The notes under the pieces: generated by a model | What the model was told of the DNA's origin: nothing | Databases searched by the model: none | The model's input: only the letters and a program-made list of their open reading frames with translations | Part shown: positions 56,242-64,000 of the stretch, piece after piece | Numbering within the stretch: the stretch's first letter is position 1 | Layout: every line of letters begins with the position of its first letter | Translations under genes and position numbers: made by a program | Virus record (IMG/VR): IMGVR_UViG_3300034190_002401 | Coordinates: 21,459-85,458 of that record | Direction: 5' to 3' (one strand) | Length of the DNA stretch: 64,000 nt | Origin: a virus

Positions 56242-56942
56242 GAAGACCTGCCATGATTATTGATAGCAATGAAAGGGGTGTACTGTGTGATTCAGTAATA
56301 CGTAAGGCAGAGAAAGCGGGCTTGTCTGTGATAAGAAAACCGCTAGTGGTAGGGGACTATCTTCTAGGCGAGGCTTGTGTTGAGGCCAAGAGCATCAACG
56401 ACCTATTCCTATCCAGTCACAGCGGTCATCTATGGAGACAACTGGAGAACATGGACATCAACTACCAACGCTTCTTCTTAGTCATACACGGTGGTATAGA
56501 CAAGTATGTCGCTATGGCTAAGAAGACAGGCAAGAAGGTGACATACACTAGGATACAGAATGAGTTGACTGGTACTATTGCACGCATCATGAGTGACTTT
56601 GAGTGTCAAGTATTCTACACACCAAACGTCAGTGAGGCTGCTTTGTTCATTACCAAACTTCACAACAAGTTGCATAAGCCAGCGTCTAGCCACGGTGCTA
56701 GAACAATACGAAGAGTGGCATCCAACGACATCAGAGCCGACATGTTACTGGCCATTCCCGGTATAGGTAAGGACATGGCTGATAGGATTCTAGAACAGTG
56801 CGGGAGCATAGAAGAGATGTGTTTCCCTGAATCTTTGAAGAAGATAAAGGGTCTAGGTGATGTGCTGCGTGGCAGAATAGTACAGGCACTCACATCTGAA
56901 GAGAAGATGGTAGTAGAGAGAAAGGTGAAAAGAAGTGTATAA
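56238..56942 (+). CDS. ERCC4/XPF-family nuclease with HhH motifs
   Basis: IDSNE, GDY, VEAKS..D, IPGIG, IKGLG. Confidence 0.9.
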   Translation: MRRPAMIIDSNERGVLCDSVIRKAEKAGLSVIRKPLVVGDYLLGEACVEAKSINDLFLSSHSGHLWRQLENMDINYQRFFLVIHGGIDKYVAMAKKTGKKVTYTRIQNELTGTIARIMSDFECQVFYTPNVSEAALFITKLHNKLHKPASSHGARTIRRVASNDIRADMLLAIPGIGKDMADRILEQCGSIEEMCFPESLKKIKGLGDVLRGRIVQALTSEEKMVVERKVKRSV

Positions 56943-56960
56943 TGTACGACTGTCTTGTAT

Positions 56961-57000
56961 ATACATAGTATGTATTAAGTACTGACCCCGTTTGGGGTCA
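56961..57000 (+). promoter_or_regulatory. Promoter with palindromes upstream of the helicase
   Basis: ATACATA-g-TATGTAT, TATTAAG, then TGACCCC-gttt-GGGGTCA immediately before ATG 57004. Confidence 0.5.
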
Positions 57001-57003
57001 ATC

Positions 57004-58404
57004 ATGCGTCACTACTCAGAGTACCAAGCAGTGCAGAAGTTTCCTTTGTTCAAGGGGTACTTGGAGCACTTTAGACAGACATCAATGGAAAACGACATAC
57101 CCGGTATGCTTTCCTTCTTCTTCCTACAAGGACAGGTTGCTGTTCCTTTTGTGAGGATACCTTGGGGTTCATCACATCTAGACCCACGTGTGCACGTGTT
57201 CTGGATTCAACCAAGCAGGTCTGGTAAGTCTGTGTCTTGGGAGTTCATAGGTGACATCTGTAGAGAGGCCGAGATACCCACTGAGATGTACACCACAGGG
57301 ACTGACGCTGCTCTGATAGGTGGATGGGAAGAAGAGATTGTTGATGGTGAAACAGTCAAGCATCTCAAAGAGGGACTGTTAGATGGGCGTAAGGCACTCA
57401 ACTTCGATGAGGGTTCAATCATACTCAACCCCAACAAGCACAGTCAGGAGACTGTGTTGTATCTACAGTCTGCCTGCAACCCCGTAGGTAGTAACAACAA
57501 CGTACTTGTCAAGCATACCAAAGCAGGGAGGATAGAGACTGAGTCTCTGGTTTCGATGTGGATTACCACTTTCCCACCGAAGGGTGTCAAGGAGTACGTT
57601 CTGACCAAAGGTATCTTCCAAAGGGTTCTGCTGTATTGGGCAGACTGGGATACAGACAAGAGGATGGGTGTGAGCATGAAGAGGATGGAGATGGCATTCA
57701 AGAAGATACCCAAGTTGTCTGTCGAGCATGACGACATAGTGGATTACTTCAAAGGGTTGACTAAGAGGGTGAGAGATAGATTACTCAACATCAGTGAGAC
57801 TTCCTTCTCAGACTGGGACACTATGAATAGATACGACCAAGAGGAACTGCTACAGTCTCATATGCATCAGATGTTCACAGCAGGAGATGACTTCTACGCT
57901 GCTGCGTATGACTCCATAGAAGACTACTACTCTCTACTAGACGGTCTAGGGCCGGGTATCGGTGATGTGGTTGCTTCATTCATGCCTGCTGTTGAGAATT
58001 ACACAGTCATCTTCGCAACGCACATGGCCATGCTAGACGAGTCATGGGAAGTGACAGGAGAGCACGTTGACATGGCTAAGGACATTCTATACGACCTGAC
58101 TAAGAATCTGATTCTATGGTTAGAAGACGAGGTTGAGGTTGGATACAAGAAGACAGAGGTGTCTGAGTACAAGAAGAGATTTGCAATAGCGTATCAGAAC
58201 ACAGATGCTGTAGACTTCGATGACTCCAGAGGAGCAGGTTGGCACAGGAAGAACAACGTGATACAGACGTACATGAAACTCAATTCAGTCACTAGAGGCA
58301 CTGGGTGGAATCACTTTGGTAAGTACGCTAAAGATATGTTTGACACCGTAAAGGAGAACAAGGTAGTGTATCTCCGAATGAAAGAGGGCGCTAACGATGA
58401 GTGA
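57004..58404 (+). CDS. AAA+ (MCM-like) putative replicative helicase
   Basis: QPSRSGKS, TGTDAALIG, LNFDEG, Arg-finger FQR. Confidence 0.7.
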   Translation: MRHYSEYQAVQKFPLFKGYLEHFRQTSMENDIPGMLSFFFLQGQVAVPFVRIPWGSSHLDPRVHVFWIQPSRSGKSVSWEFIGDICREAEIPTEMYTTGTDAALIGGWEEEIVDGETVKHLKEGLLDGRKALNFDEGSIILNPNKHSQETVLYLQSACNPVGSNNNVLVKHTKAGRIETESLVSMWITTFPPKGVKEYVLTKGIFQRVLLYWADWDTDKRMGVSMKRMEMAFKKIPKLSVEHDDIVDYFKGLTKRVRDRLLNISETSFSDWDTMNRYDQEELLQSHMHQMFTAGDDFYAAAYDSIEDYYSLLDGLGPGIGDVVASFMPAVENYTVIFATHMAMLDESWEVTGEHVDMAKDILYDLTKNLILWLEDEVEVGYKKTEVSEYKKRFAIAYQNTDAVDFDDSRGAGWHRKNNVIQTYMKLNSVTRGTGWNHFGKYAKDMFDTVKENKVVYLRMKEGANDE

Positions 58405-59014
58405 CATACTTTCCTTAGACATAGAGACCGAGAACTACTCTTGGGACATTGGTGGGTGGAACAACATGAACCTATTCAAGACAAGTGTAATTGCAACTTG
58501 GGATGGTACTCAAGGTACTTTGTTTAGTAATAAAAATATACAATTAGAAAACGTGAATGTACTTCCATTACATGCATCAGATATAGGTAATCATATATCA
58601 GAACATATAGAGAAAGGTGGTAAACTACTAGGTCACAATATAATTGGTTTTGACCTACCAGTTATCAGAGATTCGTTAGACTGCTGGGCTGCTGGAGATG
58701 TAATGTCAAAGAGTTCAGATACAATAATAGATACCAAGAACCTAGTTTCAAAAGCATCTAAACTATTATCAGATAGTATAGTGACATCGTTAGATGTACT
58801 TTCAAAATGCACTTTGAAAGAAGGTAAGATAATGCAGAGTGTAGATGCACCTGAACAATGGGCTTTGGGTAAATACAATGAGGTAGCGGAGTACTGCCTT
58901 AAAGATGCACAACTAACATACGAGTTGTACAAGTACGGCGCTGAATATGGTGTAGTAAAGTCACTTTCCTTAGATACAGGAAAAGAGATAGAGATAGAGG
59001 TGGATTGGAAATGA
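58397..59014 (+). CDS. DEDD/RNase H-like 3'-5' exonuclease
   Basis: LDIET, GHNIIGFDLP, YCLKD. Confidence 0.85.
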   Translation: MSDILSLDIETENYSWDIGGWNNMNLFKTSVIATWDGTQGTLFSNKNIQLENVNVLPLHASDIGNHISEHIEKGGKLLGHNIIGFDLPVIRDSLDCWAAGDVMSKSSDTIIDTKNLVSKASKLLSDSIVTSLDVLSKCTLKEGKIMQSVDAPEQWALGKYNEVAEYCLKDAQLTYELYKYGAEYGVVKSLSLDTGKEIEIEVDWK

Positions 59015-60510
59015 CCGATAATGACAAAACAAATAACGCACAAGTGATGAATATACGGGCAGCAAAGGCTATTGTCGAAACTGTACGTACTACCTTAGGA
59101 CCGATGGGTATGGACAAAATGATGGTGGACGGTGCTGGAAACGTGATAGTGACCAACGACGGTGCTACCATCCTACGTGAGTTAGACGTAGCACATCCCG
59201 GTGGTAAGATGATGATAGAGATATCAAAGACACAGGAGACGATATGCTATGACGGTACTACCAGCACAGTAGTGTTGGCCGGTCAACTACTCTCCAACAG
59301 TGAGATGCTTTTCGAGAAGGGACTACATCCCAATGTGATATGCAGGGGATATCGTGAAGCATCGCAGATGGCGATAGACTACTTGAACAGAGAAGTGTCA
59401 TTGGAAACAGGTAATGAGTTCTTGCACGACATAGCCAAAACTGCAATCACCGGTAAGACCGTAGAGGCTGCTACTGATATCGTAAGCACCCTTTGTGTGG
59501 ATGCAGTCATGGCTGCTGGTGATGTGGACAAGGTCAGGGTAGTCAGTCTACCCGGTGGTAGCATCGAGGAATCTTACTTGTTCAATGGTGTGATTGTGAG
59601 TAAGGACTTCGTACTAGACTACGACTTGGATGACGAGACCAACATCCTTCTACTCAACACAGGGCTTGAGGAGGAGAAGAGCAAGGAGAACGTACAGGTT
59701 CAATTGAACGCAGCAGATTACTCTCAGTTCCAGAAGTCAGGTAGGGACAACCTGCTTGAGCGTGCACAACACATAGTGACGAAGATGGAGGGGAAGGGTG
59801 TTGTGTTCGTCAGAGATGGTGCACATGACCACGTCTGCGCTTATCTAAGGAAGAACGGCATAGGTGTGATAAGAAGAGTACCTGAGAGTGTGATGAAAGC
59901 ACTAAGAGGATGCCTAGGTATCAGTGTAGCGCAGACACCAGAAGAACTCGAAGAGGCAGCCTTCGTCAAAATATCGAGGCAGAAGCACAATGACGTGCAG
60001 TACATTTTCGTACATTCAATCGTTGAAAGTGACCAGTCCACTCTGGTTCTAAGAGGGGCAACACAATCTACCTTAGACGAGGTGGAGAGAGGATTCGATG
60101 ACGCATTGGGTGTAGTCAGCCTAGTCAAGGAAGACGGAAAGATAGTCGCTGGTGGTGGTTCATCATTCGTGGCTATGGCTTCCTATCTGAGGAATCATGG
60201 TGCTAGTGTAGGCGGAAGGCCTCAGATGGCTATAGAGGCCTTTGCAGACGCTCTAGAGATTATTCCTGCTACCATAGCAGAGAATGCGGGTCACGACCCA
60301 CTCGACGTGGTGCTGGCTATGAGACACGAAATACAAAGTGGAAATCTACACTACGGTCCTAATGTTACTGATGGTGGAATTACCAACATGAAAGACGCTG
60401 GTGTATTCGAGCCTACCAAACTAATCAAGCAGGCTTTGCTTAGTGCGACAGAAGTCACTACTGCCCTACTAAGGATAGATGATATCGTTGGTAGGAGACC
60501 TGTAGAATAA
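59011..60510 (+). CDS. ths: Group II chaperonin (thermosome)
   Basis: TLGPMGMDKM, TNDGATIL, DGTTS, GGG, LRIDD. Confidence 0.97.
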   Translation: MTDNDKTNNAQVMNIRAAKAIVETVRTTLGPMGMDKMMVDGAGNVIVTNDGATILRELDVAHPGGKMMIEISKTQETICYDGTTSTVVLAGQLLSNSEMLFEKGLHPNVICRGYREASQMAIDYLNREVSLETGNEFLHDIAKTAITGKTVEAATDIVSTLCVDAVMAAGDVDKVRVVSLPGGSIEESYLFNGVIVSKDFVLDYDLDDETNILLLNTGLEEEKSKENVQVQLNAADYSQFQKSGRDNLLERAQHIVTKMEGKGVVFVRDGAHDHVCAYLRKNGIGVIRRVPESVMKALRGCLGISVAQTPEELEEAAFVKISRQKHNDVQYIFVHSIVESDQSTLVLRGATQSTLDEVERGFDDALGVVSLVKEDGKIVAGGGSSFVAMASYLRNHGASVGGRPQMAIEAFADALEIIPATIAENAGHDPLDVVLAMRHEIQSGNLHYGPNVTDGGITNMKDAGVFEPTKLIKQALLSATEVTTALLRIDDIVGRRPVE

Positions 60511-60686
60511 TGGGAAGACTTCTAGACAAACTAAACGTCACTTGTCGTGCTTGTGGTTACAAGCATATCCCAAGAAGGCTGAATGCACGTTATCAAGATG
60601 CTGAAAAAAGGAGAATCAATCTTTGGCAGTGTAAGCAATGTGGTCACTTTTGGCAGGATTCGGTATACAAAAAGACGAAACAATAA
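60510..60686 (+). CDS. 58-aa TFS/RpoM-like Zn-ribbon protein
   Basis: CRACG...LNARYQDAE...WQCKQCGHFWQD; missing from the ORF track. Confidence 0.55.
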   Translation: MGRLLDKLNVTCRACGYKHIPRRLNARYQDAEKRRINLWQCKQCGHFWQDSVYKKTKQ

Positions 60687-60715
60687 TTTACCTTCGGTGT
60701 AGAATCTACACCAGT

Positions 60716-61006
60716 ATGTTATGGCGATGGTTTGTTCGTAAACTCATGAGAGTAATGGGACATGTCTACGTGTGGTTAGACAAGCGTGTAAAATACTCTG
60801 AAGATGAGGTCAAAGAAGTACTTGGTCTGAAGATAGACAAAGACCTCCAAACCTCCTCAAGATACGAATTATGTCAACTAATAGAAAAAGAGTTCAAAGT
60901 AGACAAAGATTCATTCTGGCATCTACACAGCACTCAGAAGATAAGATTCGCAGCACAGCAGATTCGTGAGATGAAGAAGCCGAGTAAGTTCGAGTTGGGG
61001 TATTGA
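60716..61006 (+). CDS. Hypothetical protein
   Basis: Start re-called at ATG 60716, preceded by the GGTGTAGA-a-TCTACACC palindrome. Confidence 0.65.
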   Translation: MLWRWFVRKLMRVMGHVYVWLDKRVKYSEDEVKEVLGLKIDKDLQTSSRYELCQLIEKEFKVDKDSFWHLHSTQKIRFAAQQIREMKKPSKFELGY

Positions 61007-61275
61007 TGGATTTGAGTTTAAGGAAAGTTAAGACAAGTAGTAGATTTAATTGGTGGAGGTGTAAATTGATATGAAAAGATATAGTAAGACTGCAATGTTT
61101 ATCAGATGTATGAATGAGATTTTTGAGGATTGGGACGAAGAATGATTGTTGACCAGCGTGTGATAGACAGTATAGTCAACGACATGGAGATAGAGATACC
61201 TTTAGGATTCCCTTTGCTTCTACTGGCTACGACAGGATTGCTCATCTATTTTGTATGGTCTAGTAGGGATAGTGA

Positions 61276-62127
61276 ATGAATGCCATATCTCTGTACGAAG
61301 TGAGTCCTAGAGATGGTTTACAGGGTTTACCAAGAACCATCCCTTTGAGGAAAAAAGTCAAACTAATCAAGAAACTAAAGGGTGCAGGTATAGAAGACAT
61401 AGAAGTGGGAAGCCTAGTGCACCCCTCTATACTACCAATGAGAGAAAGTGGTAAACTGTATAGAAAGACAGGCGGAGACTTACTGGTGGTGAATGAGAAG
61501 GGCTTCGATAGAGCGATAGAACTAGGTCTTGAAAGTGTGAATGTAGTGATAAGCCCCGACAACGACTTCAACAAAACAAATCAAAAAAATACATATCAGA
61601 ATATAATGAGTGTATATCAAAATAAATGTAAAGATATACCAATAAATAGATTGTACATTAGTTGTGCATTTAGTAAGGGTGTATCTAAAAAAGCCGTTTT
61701 AGAGTGTGTTAAGTGGGGAAAAGACATATCAAAATGCATTGTACTATGTGATACAGATAGTAATGCAACTGTCAAAAGCATTGCATCTTTGTGTAAGGAA
61801 GCAAAAAAGATTACACACAATCTAAGCATACACCTACACGTGAATGAAGATAGTACAGAATACATCAAAGCCGCCTATGACTCAGGTATCAGACAGTTCG
61901 ACTGTTCTGTGGGGGGGTTAGGTGGTTGCTTCTCTGTGGATTCAGCGCAAAGTAATCTGAGAACAGAGTCATTGGTATCATGGGCATTGACCAATGACAT
62001 ACCAATAGAGGAGAACATACACGTGGACAGATTAACCTCAACAGGTGAGTATGCATACAACTTAGCATATTCATACAGTCAAACTAGACTGGAGAAGATT
62101 ATGTCTAAGATAGGAATCTTGCTTTAG
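61276..62127 (+). CDS. Hydroxymethylglutaryl-CoA lyase-like (DRE-TIM) auxiliary metabolic gene
   Basis: EVSPRDGLQ, LCDT, IHLH, FDCSVGGLGGC. Confidence 0.85.
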   Translation: MNAISLYEVSPRDGLQGLPRTIPLRKKVKLIKKLKGAGIEDIEVGSLVHPSILPMRESGKLYRKTGGDLLVVNEKGFDRAIELGLESVNVVISPDNDFNKTNQKNTYQNIMSVYQNKCKDIPINRLYISCAFSKGVSKKAVLECVKWGKDISKCIVLCDTDSNATVKSIASLCKEAKKITHNLSIHLHVNEDSTEYIKAAYDSGIRQFDCSVGGLGGCFSVDSAQSNLRTESLVSWALTNDIPIEENIHVDRLTSTGEYAYNLAYSYSQTRLEKIMSKIGILL

Positions 62128-62147
62128 GGGAACATGATGTGGAAAAA

Positions 62148-62702
62148 TTACTCAGACCACTCCCAGCCACCTACGTTATCACAGTAAGGGCCGAACTTCT
62201 CTCTCATTCTTGATGAGTAGTCATCTATCCTCTCCTCATGAGTGAGCCATGTATCCAACCAAACCACGTCCCAACTGCTTCCTTCGGGTATCTCCCACGT
62301 ATTGATGTCCGCATGGATTATAGTGAATCTGTCATCCTTAGCACAGTGCTCCCAAACCAAGTCAATGACATCCTGCTCCTTCTCGATTATTGTTACGCTG
62401 GTCACATCATCAGAGTCAAGCAGTGGTATGTGTATCATACCAATACCGAGGCCACCTAGCAACACATCCCCCGACATCCTCTCCACGAGCCAGTCATGCT
62501 CACTATACTCCTGCTCCGTGTCCTGCATTATATTGAGCCAAGACTCACCGAACTTCCTGTATAGGACGGTGTAGTTACCCTCTGCTATGTTGCGAAAGTT
62601 CACGTAGTTCAACCAAGAAGGCTCACCAGTGGTAGCGGTGCACTGCTCGACCTTGTAGTCCCCACTCTCGCCATCGGGTATACCCGTTACTTCCCATCTC
62701 AT
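62148..62702 (-). CDS. Class I SAM-dependent methyltransferase / spermidine-synthase-like
   Basis: VLLGGLGIG, VTIIEK, IIHAD, WDVVWLD. Confidence 0.8.
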   Translation of the reverse strand: MRWEVTGIPDGESGDYKVEQCTATTGEPSWLNYVNFRNIAEGNYTVLYRKFGESWLNIMQDTEQEYSEHDWLVERMSGDVLLGGLGIGMIHIPLLDSDDVTSVTIIEKEQDVIDLVWEHCAKDDRFTIIHADINTWEIPEGSSWDVVWLDTWLTHEERIDDYSSRMREKFGPYCDNVGGWEWSE

Positions 62703-63565
62703 GGTATCATCACCCTCACTGTCACTGTTGGAGATGACAGAGTAGTACCATTGGAATTAATGGCACTGCAATTCACGGCCCAACTGAATCCATCACCTGA
62801 TTGTTGCAACAACAAATACCCTCTTCCTCCTGAATTGTGGGTTATAGATGCGGTTATTCCAATATGTGTGGAAGTACTGTCTTGTGCAGAAGAACCACTA
62901 CCACTCTTGGAAGTACTGTTTATTGCATTATTGGTGTCTTGCACTACCGAAGGAGTCCCCATGCCCCATGAAAAGGAGGTCGCTCCTGTCGCTCTGCAAT
63001 ATCCGAAGGTTCTAAATTGAAGAACACCACTACCAGCGTTTAACGCAGAAGTGTAAGAAGGGCCATAAATCAATTCGACATCTCCCGTACCACTAGAAAA
63101 AGTACTACCTGAGTTTGCGGGTATCACACCACTTCCTGTGATACAATCTATTATCACGGCATCGTCATAGTTACCAGTAGATGAAGTAGCCACGCTAACA
63201 TTGGATGGTGCGCTTCCTGCCGATTGCGTAGTACCACTAGCAACTGAGGAGTAAGACCCATCTCCAGCAGAGTTGCTTGCTCTGACTCGATAGTAGTAGG
63301 TGGTGGATGCGCTCAACCCTGTGTTGTTGAAAGTGGTAGACCCCGTGCTTGTGATTTGGGAATATCCGCTTCCTGAACTCGTAGACCTCTCCACCTTGTA
63401 CGTGGTAGCACCGCTGACGGCATTCCAACTGAGGTTCAATTGACTACTGGATACCACACTCACACTCAGACCAGTCACTTGTCCCGGTGCACTGACAGTA
63501 CCCGCACCGCCTGTACCATCCTCGCAAGTGCCGTAGAATCCGGGTATGAAAGGCATCTCAATCAC
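62699..63565 (-). CDS. Fibronectin type III domain tail/fibre protein
   Basis: LSWNAVSGATTYKVER...TGLSASTTYYYRVRASN. Confidence 0.85.
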   Translation of the reverse strand: MIEMPFIPGFYGTCEDGTGGAGTVSAPGQVTGLSVSVVSSSQLNLSWNAVSGATTYKVERSTSSGSGYSQITSTGSTTFNNTGLSASTTYYYRVRASNSAGDGSYSSVASGTTQSAGSAPSNVSVATSSTGNYDDAVIIDCITGSGVIPANSGSTFSSGTGDVELIYGPSYTSALNAGSGVLQFRTFGYCRATGATSFSWGMGTPSVVQDTNNAINSTSKSGSGSSAQDSTSTHIGITASITHNSGGRGYLLLQQSGDGFSWAVNCSAINSNGTTLSSPTVTVRVMIP

Positions 63566-64000
63566 CCTATCGCTGCGAAGTTTCCATCCGATACCGCGAT
63601 ATACGTCCTCGCAGTGTTTGTCGGCATATCAGCATGAGTACCCAAGATGTGGGTATTACCATTATCACCGATGGTCTCATCGCTGCCTGTGTCGTTGATG
63701 ATGACGAACTGTACGCCTGTCGCCATGCTGGATGGGAGTGTCACTGAACCACTGCCGGTGATATAGACCACAGAGCCGGACTGAGCGTTCGTGAGCGTGG
63801 TGGCCCCTGTCGCTGCTATGATGTTAGCCTTGTTGCCTACTGCTGCCACTCTACACATGGTCAGCATCGTTCCATCAGTCTGCACTCTGACAGTGTTGCT
63901 GGAGTCATCAGCATCGTTCTGCCTTACTCCAAGTTTTATCTTGTCACCAGCCCCTAGCACTAGAGCACCAGCGAAGTTCAACTGTATATCGAAATCATAT
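63562..64000 (-). CDS. Tail-fibre-like protein, 3' part (extends beyond the window)
   Basis: Frame is open to the right edge; VTLP...GVQFVIIN is a fibre-tip-like motif. Confidence 0.65.
   Translation of the reverse strand, partial: YDFDIQLNFAGALVLGAGDKIKLGVRQNDADDSSNTVRVQTDGTMLTMCRVAAVGNKANIIAATGATTLTNAQSGSVVYITGSGSVTLPSSMATGVQFVIINDTGSDETIGDNGNTHILGTHADMPTNTARTYIAVSDGNFAAIG

Noticed and set aside
26306-62074. Minus-strand ORFs within the plus arm (e.g. 36888-37595, 29002-29574)
   Set aside because: They are antisense to tightly coupled plus-strand genes, with Ser-rich shadow composition and no motifs.
1-64000. Cellular (host) origin or integrated provirus
   Set aside because: No integrase, att site, rRNA or housekeeping operons; gene density and content are viral throughout.

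Overview
About 64 kb of a tailed dsDNA archaeal virus genome. Its gene content matches magroviruses (viruses of Marine Group II/Poseidoniales archaea): archaeal-type PolB, RFC, PCNA-like clamp, AEP primase, ERCC4 nuclease, Cas4-like nuclease, group II chaperonin, terminase and portal. There are three blocks. (1) 1-25.6 kb, minus strand: head and packaging genes (a giant protein with a degenerate ligase domain, portal, TerL, candidate TerS), a small-GTPase plus membrane-protein cluster, and a cassette of small proteins sharing an (A)FDxAWxLLK motif. (2) 25.95-62.1 kb, plus strand: early, host-takeover and replication genes driven by a repeated GGCTTTCCCATTTAAAGGAACA promoter. (3) 62.1-64 kb, minus strand: the end of a tail/fibre operon. 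The divergence point (25.65-25.95 kb) holds six GCGATTAAC direct repeats and three palindromes. Best candidates for undescribed biology: a motif-tagged, probably protease-processed cargo set that includes ADP-ribosyltransferase-like domains, PIP-box peptides and an amphipathic peptide; an Arf/Ras-like GTPase membrane module; a PEP-synthase-like dikinase paired with two Cys phosphatases; two catalytically degenerate ligases; a mini-TFB and TFS-like transcription kit; and structured non-coding segments. All calls come from motif recognition by eye; no searches were run.
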